From the human T2T-CHM13v2.0 reference genome, Homo sapiens, in NCBI RefSeq assembly GCF_009914755.1, contig NC_060929.1: a stretch of 64,000 nt of DNA. One strand, written 5' to 3'. The translations under genes were made by a program, and so were the position numbers. The notes under the pieces were generated by a model that saw only the letters and a list, made by a program, of their open reading frames with translations, searched no databases and had not been told where the DNA came from. Shown piece after piece: positions 1-14,145 of this stretch (its first letter is position 1; each line of letters starts with the position of its first letter).

Positions 1-59
1 CATCAATTAAAACAGCATGAAGAAAAGGTTTAAAATATTTTAAAGAATAATCCCAAAAT

Positions 60-880
60 TTTAGGAATAAAAGGGGAATATTAAGACGTGAAATATAAAA
101 ATCAATTGCATTTGCATATACTAACAACAATTATAAAATAAATAAATAAATTTTTGAAACCACTGAAATTGGAATTCAAACAACATTAGATATCTAGGAA
201 TAAATAACAGGAGATACACAACATTCCTCAGAAAACTAGAAAATATTACTGAGATAAACTAAAGAACACCAAAATACATGAAAAGTTATTTAATGTTCAT
301 GAATTAGATGCCTTACTATTTTACGGATGTCATTTCTCTTCCACGTTGCTATATAGGCTCAGTATAATATCAGTAAAAATAATATCAGGGATTTTTTTTT
401 TCTGTAGAAACTGACAAGCTGATTTTAAAGAATACAGTAAGAGAGTCTATTCTGCCAGAAATCAAGACAAATTAGCTACAGAAATTAAAACAGAATGATA
501 TCGGTAGGGAGTTGATAAATTGATCAGTCGAACAGCCTATAGAGTCTCAGAACAAGTGGATACATATTCAGTCACTTGACTTATAGAAATGAAGTTTTGT
601 CAATAAATGGTTCCAGCACAATTGCCCTAGTTGTAAAGCTCATCTGCTACCTTAAATCATAAACATTCAATTTCTATTTGATCATGGATCTAAATATGAA
701 AAAAAACAAATTTCTAGAAAATAATATGTAGGAGAATATCTTCTCTGATAGATAAACATCTGATCTTGAGGTAGGTAGGTAGGCAAATAATTGTCAAACA
801 GGGCACAAACAGCACTAACCATAAGAAAACAGAATGGTAAGTTGGACTTCATTAATATTCATCTATCAATTTTTTAAAAT
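60..880 (+). mobile_element. Ancient L1 (L1M-type) ORF2 fragment
   Basis: A-rich degenerate ORF2-like motifs (aaatcaattgcatttgcatatactaacaac; tgtagaaactgacaagctgattttaaa; caataaatggttccagcacaattg). No intact ORF. Boundaries approximate. Confidence 0.7.
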
Positions 881-1362
881 TATCTACTTGTAAAGAATAA
901 GTAAATTGGAATTTGCAATCAGATATTGGAAATAAGGGAATATTGTCTTTTCTGTCACAACACATACATGCATGCACACACACATTCCTCTCTCCCTCTC
1001 TCCTTCCTAACTGCCCAGAAAACAAAAGACAAAACAATCTTATACACCAAATATAATGGTCCTTGATTATACATGAATTGACAATATTTTGTAAGCAAAA
1101 TCATGTTCATATTTAGATAGATAATTAAATTACAATTTGCTTAAATTCATGGACTATCTCAGGCTTTTCCAGGTGATCAATTTGACTTGACTAGCAGTAA
1201 GATTCATACCATCCTTAATCCACGGGACTCCAAACAGAAACTCAAGGCTAAGTGAGAAAGGTCTTGTGAGGAGGTAAGTAACACTCAAGTTCACATAGGC
1301 CTACAATCTAACTCAAGACAGCACCCAAACCACAGAGTGCGATTTAAGACTACAAATTAGAA

Positions 1363-1734
1363 GGCTGGGCATAGTGGCTCAAACCTGTAATCCCAGCACT
1401 TGTGGAGGCCAAGGTGGGCAGATCACCTGAGGTCAGGAGTTCGAGACCAGCCTGGCCAACATGGTGAAGCTTTGTTTCTACTAAAAATACAAAAATTAGC
1501 TGGGCGTGGTGGCAGGCACCTATAATCCCAGCTACTCGGGAGGCTGAGTCAGGAGAATTGCTTGAACCCGGCGGGTGGAGGTTGCAGTGAGCCGAGATTG
1601 TGCCACTTCACTCCAGCCTTGGCGAAAGAGTGAAACTCCGTCGAAGAAGAAGAGGAGGAAGAGGAAGAAAAGGAGAAGAAGAGAAAAGAAGAAGAAGACG
1701 AAGAAGAAGAAGAAGGAAGAAGAAGAAGAAAACA
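1363..1734 (+). mobile_element. AluS element (AluSq/Sx-like) with GAA-converted tail
   Basis: Full dimeric Alu from ggctgggcatagtggctc to gaaactccgtc. 14-bp TSD ACTACAAATTAGAA at 1349-1362 and 1735-1748. Confidence 0.97.
1643..1730 (+). repeat. Interrupted (GAA)n purine microsatellite in Alu tail
   Basis: ~88 bp of GAA/GAG/GGA units, almost pure purine on the + strand. Confidence 0.95.
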
Positions 1735-3339
1735 ACTACAAATTAGAATAGGTAAGGTACCTGGGAATAGAGGCAGCAGGAGGAAGCCTGCAATGTTTGT
1801 GTTTCTTGGCATGTGACTCAGTAGTTAAATATAATTTGGGATGTCTGAGGGGGTTAGAAATTGCAATTTGGAATCAGCCCCAGGACTCCTCCTATCCAAT
1901 TTTACCAGGAATAGGCTAATATTTTGTACCATATCTTCCTCCTGTGTTTTTTTCCCAAGTTATAAAGTTAATGGGGAAAGAGGGATGATCAGTTATTGTA
2001 CTTAAAACCAAACAGTGGCCCACTGAATTTGATGCTTTTATGGGACATTCACATGGAAGGGATGTTCGAATAACCATCTTTCAATACAAGTGTCAGGTGT
2101 TGGCTCATGAGGAGTTAGAGATAGAGGTCTGGAGTACAAAAGAGATAACATGAACAGAGAGTGAGTGGGAGGAGAAATGATGGAGGGCCTACAGTTCCCA
2201 AGTAAGTTGTTTCGAACATGTTCTCTGAGAAGACAGGAAGCCTCTAAGTCAATGTATATTTTGAAATGCATATACAGTTATTGATTTATTGTGCTGTTGA
2301 ACTGACATCTACTGAAACTCGTAGGTAATATAGCAACAGTTCATAATCTTATTCTTCTTCTCCTGCACTATGAGACTTCCTATGGCTCATAAAAACATAT
2401 CTCATTGTGGCATTTAGAGGAGTAGAAAAAGAAAGCATTGGTGTAGGTTTCTGAAAATAAATTGCTCTAATACTGCAGCTGTATTAAACTGTCATAAGCA
2501 ATATTCCCATTGGGCTCATGGATAAAACACTGGCTTTAAACAGTGCCTCATGACTAGGTCCAAGGCTCTAAATTATATCTGGGTTTAGCCACTTGTTACA
2601 GAGGTAAGATGAATGTTTGGGAATTAACCATGCCAACTGAACACCTCTGGAATGCTGACAGAGATGAAGCATGTTAATGGAGTGCTACACTTCAGACTGA
2701 TTTATTAAAAATGGATTATCTGGAGAGAAAGTAATTCTTGGTAGGACTTGGCTTAAATTGATTCCCTTGTTGCCCTTGAAAATAAGGGAAAATCCCCAAG
2801 CTTTCTTAGTGGTACATAGAGATGATGGTGTTGGATGGAGCTAAAGGTAAAAAACATTTCTAGGCCCAGCTGTGTCAATCAATAACTTGTGGCATATATA
2901 TGTCTTCTTACTAAGAATGATAGTTTTAAAATTACGTGATTTCTGTGGAATCTTACAGCTTTAATATGCTTGGGTTAAATTAAAGTGTTTCTCATCAAAT
3001 AAGTAGGAATTAAAATAATCTTTGTTATATTTGGGACTGTCCCTTCTGTGAGGCTCAGGCTTTTATTTATTCCCATGAAATTTTATTCTAAAATTTTGTA
3101 AAAATTCAATTTTTTTTTTATTTTGTTAAATGTGATTATGATGTTGTGGCTACTTAGGAGAATATCCTTTTGTGGAAGAGATGTGTGCTAGAGAAATTAG
3201 GAGTGAAGAATTAGGATGATTGTGACTTTCAATGTTCCAGGCTGAAAAGGTCTTTTATCTTTAATGAAAAGTACATTATATCTGCTATTGCTTTACAGCT
3301 TGCAAAGTAAAACTATCACTTTCATAAAGATTATCTTGT

Positions 3340-4060
3340 TGATCCTTGGTCTTCTAACGCACTTAGGATTAAATCTAAAATTTTGAAATACCTACAAGGC
3401 CTTACATGATGTGGCCCCAGACTGATTTTTCAGTTTCCTTTAGAGCCACTCCCTCCCTCCTTGGATCCGGAAGCACCAACCTTTTGAGCTCTCCAACATG
3501 TCACACCCCTTTCCTTCCCCAGGGTCTTTGTAAATGTTTGTTTTTAGCCACACAACTCTTTCCATTCTCACAGCCCTTCTGTATCTAACTCTTACATGTA
3601 GTACTAGTCCACTTTTGCATGGTTATGACACAGTAACGAACAATACCCCAATAGCTGACAACAATAATAATTTCTCAATCATAACAGCCTTCTAAGGACT
3701 CTGGGAATTTAATTCCCTTCACCAGGTTTTCTCCTCTATCTGCAAAATGAGCTGATGATATCCATCCTTAGTATGTCATAGAACTCCCTGCTGTACTTAG
3801 AGTACAATCCAAAGTCCTTAAGCACAGCCTGTGTGACCTTACACCAGCCCAGAGATTTTGCCTTGTTGTGAATCACTTTCTTTATTCTTCAATTTGTTCC
3901 TATTATAGTTATCTCCTTCTGGTTCTTTGAAAGGACCCCACTTTCAGTGTTGTATGACACTCCCTGCTCATGGGAGGCTTTTACCCCTACTCCATAACTA
4001 ACTTTCTAAGTCCCAGCTTAAAACATCCTTTTTCAGAGAAGGCTTTTTAGTTTTTCGATT
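3340..4060 (+). mobile_element. Degraded L2 fragments with an intervening MIR piece
   Basis: L2 3'-region-like text (ttaggattaaatctaaaa...aaggccttacatgatgtggcccc; cttagagtacaatccaaagtcctt) and MIR core (ttttctcctctatctgcaaaatg). Boundaries approximate. Confidence 0.55.
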
Positions 4061-4111
4061 TAAAATTAAGAGCTTCACCACTCCTAGGAGCTAATTATTT
4101 TCTCTCTTAAG

Positions 4112-5052
4112 AGGAAGCAGTGCATTTAGTGGTTAACAATTTAGGTTCTGGAGTCACAGTGCCTGGGTTTGAATCCTAGCTCTGATAGTTATAGTATTCC
4201 CAACTTACCCATGGGACATACATTCAAAGAACCCCAGTGAAAGCCTGAACCTCCAGACAGTACCAAACCTAATTATCATCAATCAGAACATCTGTGGTTT
4301 TGTTTTCCACATACAAATTTGGTGCCTTTCCCATCTTAACTAAACACCAATCATGCACTGTAGCCATAACTTTTGCCATTTTTGAGGTGCAACAGCAAAA
4401 CTATCTCAAATTTCTTTTTTCTTCTTTACAATGTCACAGATAGAAAATTCATTCTTACTGCAGATCTTAGCAACCTCAGCATATGATTTTGTTTTCTTTC
4501 CTTAAGTTGAGAACTTTCACCTTCTCTCTTAAAGAAAACACTTGACAGCTTCTCTTTGGCATATCATTGGCATCACTACTCTTGGGCTGTGAGTTAATTA
4601 TTAAGTAGAATAAAAGTTACCTGACAGAAGCACTGTGAGTTGATCAGATAACTGTGACAGCTACTAAGTCACAATGGGTGAGTAGGGTCTAAAGCTTGGA
4701 TCCAGTGGAGAAAGGGATGATTCACAGAACAGAACAGCATGAGATGGCTCAATATTTCATCACACTACTTAGAAGAGTGCACGTTTAAAACTCATGAATT
4801 GCTTATTTCTGAAATTTTCTACTTAATATTTTCCAACTGCAGTTGACCATAGGTAATTAAAACTATAAGAAAGTAACCATGGAGACTACTGTTCTTAGTA
4901 GGTAACCTTGGGGAAGTTACCTTAACCTATTTTTGTTACCTTTAATATGGGTATTAGAACATTGCCTACTTCATAAATCTGTTACAGGAATGATGTGAAT
5001 TAAAGGGCTTCACATAGTGCCAGGCAAATATCAAGTACTTCATAAATAATAG
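4112..5052 (+). mobile_element. MIR split by a MER44 insertion
   Basis: MIR 5' part 4112-4190 (gcagtgcatttagtggttaa...gggtttgaatcctagctctg) resumes at ~4892 (gtaaccttggggaagttacc...acatagtgccaggcaaata). Confidence 0.8.
4191..4891. mobile_element. MER44C/D-like (Tigger7-derived) DNA transposon
   Basis: Degenerate ends tagtattcccaacttaccc... and ...gagactactg. Internal text matches recalled MER44 consensus (gaggtgcaacagcaaaacta, gatcttagcaacctcagcat, tttcatcacactact). Confidence 0.85.
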
Positions 5053-6212
5053 ACATCATCATAATACTTCTAATAGTCATAGATTTACATGTTTCTTGGA
5101 CACTTGCCTTTTCAAGTTAAAAGAGATCTTAAATATCTTATTAACTGATCACTTCCCTGACTCAGAAATGCTTTCTCTGATATTCTGGATAGTCACCTAG
5201 ACCTTTTTTGAATATTTCCTTGGGTGATTTTGCTATATTACAAAGTAGTCCTCAATTTTTGTAGGTTTATGGTGTTAAATTGAGATATGTGTTCCTATAA
5301 ATTCCACCTCTTGATTCTTCCTTCTAGGAGAAAAAAACACACACACAGTTAAGTTCTATTTTCTAAATGGCAAGTGTTCCTATACTGGAGGCAGCTTTCC
5401 TGGCAGCCCAAGGGACACCAATTCCAGTGTCAAGATGTCAGGTCTCACATCATCACTTTTCCAGTCAGCTTTTGAATCTAAAATGATCCTGGATGCCCTC
5501 TCCTTCATGCCATGTGAGTTTGCCAGTTTGTTTTATGGAGCTCAATGATGACTATGTGGAAGTGTGGAATGTGCATGTGGAATGTGCATTCAGAGCTAAT
5601 GTAGATGCAAGGGTGAGGAGGTACTCCACAAAAGTAAAGTTAGGGCTGGTAGCGTGCTTGGAATACAAGCACATTGACAAAATCTGAGGACATATTCTCA
5701 TCTAATAAGACTCTTCTGGATTCCTTCTCATTTGTACATCCTCATTCTTCTAGAACATGTATAGAAGTTAGCCAGGCAATCAGTACTCACTTGGTGCCTG
5801 TGATGTGGCTCTTTTCTGAGTATGGGGGATGTAGACACTCTGTAGTCATGGAGACTAAAGTCATAGAACTTTTTAGTCTAGACAGCAGAGAATTGATATG
5901 TGGATTCAAAACTGAAGTTACTTGTGTTGACATTGATAACAAAACTACTGAGTTGGTGTCAAGACTTTAGCTATTCAGTTAGCATTTGCGTACCTACTAT
6001 TTGTCAGTCACCATAGCCACTGAAATGGAATAGGAAACAAGAAGGCAAGGCAATACAAGAAACTAAAGTCAGTAGAAAGTGTAAAAATACACAATCTTGA
6101 GGACTAGCCTTCAGGTGCTCCTAATGCTTATACTGGGATGGGAGTGGAGGATGAGTGGCCAAGGTGGGCTGCAGGGTTGTTGAAGCAGTCAGACCTATAC
6201 AATATAGAATCT

Positions 6213-6522
6213 CTTGGAACATGGATGGAGCTGGAGGCCATGATCCTTAGCAAGCTATTGCAGGAAGAGAAAACCAAATACCACATGTTTTCACACATAA
6301 GTAGGAGCTAAATGATGAGAACTCATGGACACAAAGAAGGGAACAACAGACATTGGGGCCTACCTGATGTGGGAGGAGGGAAAGAATAAAAAAACACAAA
6401 CTATGGGTACTAGGTGTAGTACCTAGGTGACGAAAATGTGTACAACAAACCCCTGTGATATGAGTTTACTATCTAGCAAAACTGCACATGTACCCCTAAA
6501 CATAAAAGAAAAGTTAAAAAAT
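6213..6522 (+). mobile_element. 5'-truncated old L1PA (L1PA15/16-like) 3' end
   Basis: L1 3' text catggatggagctggaggccat...actgcacatgtacccctaaac, A-rich tail. TSD ATATAGAATCT at 6202-6212 and 6523-6533. Confidence 0.85.
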
Positions 6523-6676
6523 ATATAGAATCTTAGAACTGAGGAATGTATTGTAACTGAATAAAGATCTCTGGGTACCTACTTTATACCTCTTGTACCT
6601 GACTTAATTTATGTCCATACTTCCTCCTTTCTAACTGCATTCTTAAGCCTATTTTCTAGGCTTAAGATTTCTAGGA

Positions 6677-6875
6677 TGCAATGTGTAGGGGACTGTTAGA
6701 GGAACAGTGTCTGGAATGGCAGGACGAAAACCTAATGAGGGTGGGTCAAGGAGAGAATTAAAGGAGAGGAACTAGAGACAATAAGCATAAACAAGTTTTT
6801 CTAGTGCTTTGCTATAAAGGGAGCAGAGAAATGGGGTGGTAGCTAACTGAGGGAGAAAATGAGGTCAGCAGATGT
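6677..6875 (-). repeat. Inverted duplicate of 8082-8281 (L2-derived sequence)
   Basis: Reverse complement aligns to 8082-8281 with about 12 substitutions and one 1-bp gap in ~200 bp (hand count, ~93%). Confidence 0.95.
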
Positions 6876-7949
6876 CAGAAGAAGTTAGAAGCCTAAATTC
6901 TTCTTAAGCCTATTCTGTCTGACCGTTAAATAGACAGTCAGCAAATGCTCCCCAAATGATTCTCTAATGCCTTTGGAAAAACTGCCAGGACCTGCATAGA
7001 GGCTGCGACATTACAGTGGCAGCTAAGCTAGAAAGGCTGCTCCAGTGGCAAATGGCACTAAGCTACTTGCCTTTTTTTATTAACACTAGTACATAAAGGT
7101 TGCCAGCAGAAAGCCCTTGTAATAACAGCCAACTGCTTCTAAGCATCTGAGCCCTTAATGAAACCCCATCCTCCTCCCCAGGGGAGGGAAGAATTGTTGG
7201 TTTTCTCTCTCAATTATTTTTCCAGTCTATTAAATTGTCACAACCCCTGTGTCTCTGTGAGAGGCGGGTGTCATCATAGCTCATCTCCTGGAGACAGGGA
7301 ATAGTGCTGCCAGAGGAGATGTTTTCTGAGTCTGTTTCACCACCGCCAGAGAAAAGAAGGTGATGATGGAAAAACTCCAAAGCAGCAGCAGTAGACGTCC
7401 TGGAGAGATTTATGAGATACACAACAAGCGAAACGAGGATGTTTGTGCCATCAGGTTATAAAAAATATGCAATTTTAATCCACTAAGCAGTTTATCTTTT
7501 CATGCAGCTTAGTTTGCTGGGATAATTACCTTTCTGAGCAGTCCATGACATGGACGAGGCAAAGTGTGTGCAAAATACACAAATCTGTGTGTGCCATTGG
7601 AGAATATGTCAGAGGAAGGAGGATTAACTCAAATTTTGGAAAACATGCTGTAGACAATGCAGACAGTATGCTGAAAGTTTTTCTTCTGTCGTTAGCCAAA
7701 TTATGAAGGTTTATTTTCTCTTAGAGCAACAGTAGCTATTTGACCCCTTACTATACATTAGATACTCTGTGGTATATTTTTCAAGCACCACAGAGGTTCA
7801 GGGAGATTAAATAATTTACTCAAAAATATGCAGTAAAGGCATGTGTGGGCTTAGATGTGACCCCAGGCCGTCTGCCCCAGGAGCCTGGATCTCCTTTCCT
7901 GACATGAGCCATCTGCGCCTATTGAAGACTCACACCTTCACCAGAGCAT

Positions 7950-9745
<1,796 letters not shown>

Positions 9746-9896
9746 TCATGACTCTTAAAGTCATTACCTAGAGAGGGTTGGAAATGACCTGAGAGTGAAA
9801 GATTTCCTCTTCCAAGTGGGCTGGTGTGCTGCCCTGAATTAGCATTGGAAACTGTAGCTACAATCCCATCAGTTATAATGTCTATAATTTACTTGT

Positions 9897-10125
9897 GAGA
9901 GGCAGTGGAGTGCTGGGGTTATATGTGGACTCCTGAAGCCAGATGGCTTGGGTATGGATTCCATCTCTGGCACTTACTAGCACTTTGAATAAGTTTCTAA
10001 AACTTTTTGTGCCTAGTTTTTTTTTCTCATCAGCAAAATGGAAGTAAAAATATTACTTACCTGAGAGGGTTGTTATAAGGATTTGATAAGTCAGTCAGTA
10101 TACACAAAGTGCTTAGATCACTGTG
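9897..10125 (+). mobile_element. MIR
   Basis: gaggcagtggagtg...tctcatcagcaaaatggaag...aaagtgcttaga. Confidence 0.8.
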
Positions 10126-10149
10126 TCCCATGGGCTTCTGCAACAAATT

Positions 10150-10760
10150 TCCCATGCCTTCGATGTTTTCAAGAAATGTTCATTACCTTCTTCCCTTAAT
10201 ATAAACCTGAATCTTTCCTGAGGATATGGCCACCCTTGAAGCCCTCTTGCTATAGGTTCTTTCTCCCCGATATCTCTTCTACAAGGGCCCTGAGGTGGAG
10301 TAAATGTCCTCCTTACTCTTCATTGATACTTCCAGATGCTTATTTATTTATTTTTTAACCTAAAAACCTATTGGAATCTTATATTGACCTCACATACATG
10401 TTGCCCCCTTAGTGTCATTGTCAGATGACACTTCATCATTATCCCTCATTCCTTAAAGATTTTGGTTCACTGCTTTTCCCTATTTAAACTTTCTTCTGGA
10501 ATAATCTTTAGTGAAGTCAAAATTCACCATAGTGGATTGTTCAACACCTTGGCCTTTGTTTCTAACGTTTCCTTCTTCAGTCTTTTTCTCTTACTCATTC
10601 CACATACCTTATCATTAACAATAACCACAATACCTCCATAACCTCATTTTTAAACATTTCATTCACAAACCACCATCTTCCATCTCCCTAGCTCATTCTA
10701 TTTACTATCCTAACTACAACATTCTATTGAGCCCACAGTCATCTAAATTCCTTGCTTTTG
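10150..10760 (+). mobile_element. Degraded L2 internal fragment
   Basis: Pyrimidine-rich L2 ORF2-like text (caacaccttggcctt, accaccatcttccatctccctagctca). Boundaries approximate. Confidence 0.5.
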
Positions 10761-10829
10761 GTTATATATATGTATATTTACCATTGTGTGCATACCTAGT
10801 TTCACTGGTGCCATAGAAGAAGTTCATTA

Positions 10830-13800
10830 AAAGTGAAAGACTAAGGATATTAACAAAAGTGTCAGTCTGAAAATTTTCTTCTCCATAAAAGCAGAAAGAA
10901 CACCAGCATAAATTGTCAGAATTAACTTTTTCAAAACTCTAAAAATTAATTAAAGGCTTATGGAAATCCTGAAAATATTTAAGATAACCAGCTGAATCTA
11001 GGTATGAACAGTGAGCTTTATGACATCTTAATTTTTCCTATTTGCATCCCCTCCCCTCCCCAGCACCACAGTAAGTCTTGAAATCCAAATAGCCTGCAAT
11101 CATGGTAAAATCCAGCAGCCTAAGAACCACCAAAGGGAGTAGAATGGGGCAAAAACCCTTTCAAAGTCCCACTATCAGAGCATTGTCATTATTTGATCTG
11201 TTTGGTGGTTTCCTAGAAGAACCCACTAGCAAAGCTTTATTTATTTAACCTAACAGGAAGCTTAACTCCTGAAGAAGTGGGAAACAGTTGAGGAAAATAA
11301 TAGGCTAACCAAAAAGCTTAAGGAAATCTTGGGAATAAGAGATCCAAAGGGTGTTTTGAAAAGCTCTGATATATTTCAGAGAATCTAGAAGGTCATAGAC
11401 ATGCACATAGGGCTGTGTACATGTTTGGGCCTATGAAAATGCCCTGGAAACACCTGAGCTCTTACTTCTGGCTAACCTTGAGTTTCTGCAGAAGGGGGAG
11501 ATAAAGGCTAAATCATGGTTGTTAACTGCCTGGCAGAGTGTTGAAGGAGTGCAGTCCATCAAGCACACTAATATATAGACAATGGTAACCCCAAGAGGAT
11601 AGAGAGAGATAGAATATTTGAAGAAATAACGGCTGAAAACATGTCCAAGAACTCCAAATAAGATGAATTCAGAGATCCATGCTCAGACCCATAATAATTG
11701 ATTGAGCTGTTGAAAACCTAAGACAGAAAAAATCTTAAAAGCATCAGAAGAGAAGAAACTGATCATTTAAAGGGGGTGTTCACTCAAAGAGAATAAAACT
11801 GATTTGCCATCAGATATCATGGAGACCAGAAGACAGAGGAATGGCATATTCAAAATGCTAAAAGAGAAAGACTGTCAACCAAGAATCTATATCCAACCAA
11901 ACTATTCTTCAAAAATAAATTTAGACATTACCAGATGAACAAAAACTGAGAATTCACTAACTTGACTTTTCCTATAAGAAATGCTAAATGAATCCTTCAG
12001 CTGATGTGAAGAAACACTAGAAAGTAACTTTAATTCACATAAATAAATGAAGATAACCGGTAAAAATAATTGCATAGGTAAATATAAAATACAGGTTAAA
12101 TATATTTTTGTTTATAAGGGTTTTATTCTATTTGATTTAAAAAACTGCATAAATAATTATAAATTTGTGTTGATGGTTATATCATGTGTAAAGAAGTTAT
12201 TTGTATGACAATAGCACAAAGAAGGGTGATGAACTGGATCTATGCAGAAACAATTTTTTCTATACTGGTTGAAATTGATTGAAATAAACTAGATTGTTTC
12301 AAATTAAGGTCATTGACATAATCCCTGGGGTAACCACTAAGAAAATAAATTAGTAGTAAAGGAAACAAGGTGATTAAAATGGTACACTTGAAAATATCTA
12401 TTTAACACAAAGAAGGCAATAATGAAAGATAGGAAACAAAAAATAAGGAAAATAAATACAACATGGCAAATATAATTCCTACCTTACCTTATCAGTAATC
12501 CCATTTGTACTAAATTCTCAAATTAAGAAGCAGAAATTAGAAAAATGGATCAAAAGAAACCAGGATGCCACTACATGTTGTCTACAAGACATACACTTTA
12601 CATCAAACACAAAAATAGGCTAACAGTTAAAGGGTGGTAAAAAGAAACACGATGTAAACAGTAAGCAAAAGAGAGCCGGAGTGGGGCTAGACTAATATCA
12701 GACAGAATAGACTTTAAGATAAACATGTTCTAGCAATAAAGAGCAATATTTTATAATGAGTCAATTCATCCAAAAATATACAATAATTATATAAGCATCA
12801 AAAAAGTCCCAAAATACACGAGGTAGAAACATACAGAATTGAAGTGAGTAACAGAAAATTTGATGATAATTGGAGACTTCAATATCTCAATTTAAGCAAT
12901 GGATAGAACCAGACAGATGATCGACAAGAAAATAGAAGACTTGAACAACAATATAAATAAACTACATACAAAGTTATCTGTAGAGTACTCCACCCAGCAA
13001 CAGTAAAATAAATCAAGTGTTCCTGAATACTTTTCAAGATAGAATCTATATTAGGCCACAAAACAAGTTTCAATAGATGTATAATGATTGAAATCACAAA
13101 AAGTATGTTCTCCAAGTACAATGGAATCAGTAACAGAGGGAAACTTGGGAAATTCAATAGCATGTGGAAGTTAAACAACATACTCCTAAACAACAATAAG
13201 CCAAAGAAAAAAATCACAAGGGGAATTACAAAACACTTCAAAATGAATGTAAACAAAATAGCATGCCAAAATTATGGGATGCAACTAAAGTAGTGCTTAG
13301 AGGGAAATTTACAGCTGTAAATAAGTCAATTAAAGAAGAAAGACATTTCTTTGAAGAATATATACAAATGGCCAATGAGCTATGAAAAGACAGTCATCAT
13401 CATCCATCATTAGGGAAATACAAATCAAAACCAAATGATATCATCACTTCATACCCACTAGGATAAATCCATTTTAAAAAGACAATAGGTGTTAGAGAGA
13501 ATGTGGAGAAACTGGAAAGCTCATATACTTTGGGTAAGAACGTAAAATGGTGCAGCCAGTTTGGTGAACAGTTTGGCAGTTCCTCAATGGGCTAAACGTA
13601 GAGTTACTATATGATCCAGATTATTTTACTCCTAGCTGGGTGTCTACCCAAGAGAAATGGAAATAAATGCCCATATGAAAACTCATACATACATGTTCAT
13701 GTCAGTATTATTAATAATACTCAAAGTGGAAATGACTCAATGGCTATCAATTAAGAAATATAATATATTGACAGAAGGGAAAATCAGCCATATAAAGGGA

Positions 13801-14145
13801 TGGAGTACTGGTTCATGCTCTACATGGATAAATCTTGAAAACATCCTAAGTGAATAATACCAGACACAGAAAGCCACTCATTTTATGATTCCATTTGTAT
13901 TAAATGTACTGAATATGCAAATCCATAGAGACAAAAAGTAGATTAGTGGCCGCTAAGGGCTGGGGGGTAAGTAGAATAGAGACTGACTGCTAATGGGAAC
14001 AAGATTTCTTTTTGGAGTGATGAAAATATTCTAAAATTATTGGTGTTGAATGCACAACTTTGAGAATATTCTAAAAGTCACTGACTTTAAAAGGATGCAC
14101 TTTAAAAGCATCAATTTTAGGGCATGTTAACAATATCTCAAAAAA
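10830..14145 (+). mobile_element. L1MB-type LINE with 5' region, ORF1 and ORF2 endonuclease remnants and 3' end; RT region deleted
   Basis: ORF1-like 11600-12050 (aatatttgaagaaataacggctgaaaac, tgtcaaccaagaatctatatcc). Endonuclease-like 12460-13340 (ataattggagacttcaata, cacaaaacaagtttcaata). 3' end 13340-14145 (atccatagagacaaaaagtagattagtgg...tatctcaaaaaa). Confidence 0.85.

Noticed and set aside
5100-5970. Possible CR1/L3 remnant and ORFs 5493-5970 (also 2500-2900)
   Set aside because: Too degenerate to assign by eye, and the ORFs have no recognisable domain; needs a Dfam HMM search.
7226-7359. Possible protein-coding exon
   Set aside because: Stops in all three frames on the + strand; kept only as a speculative non-coding exon.
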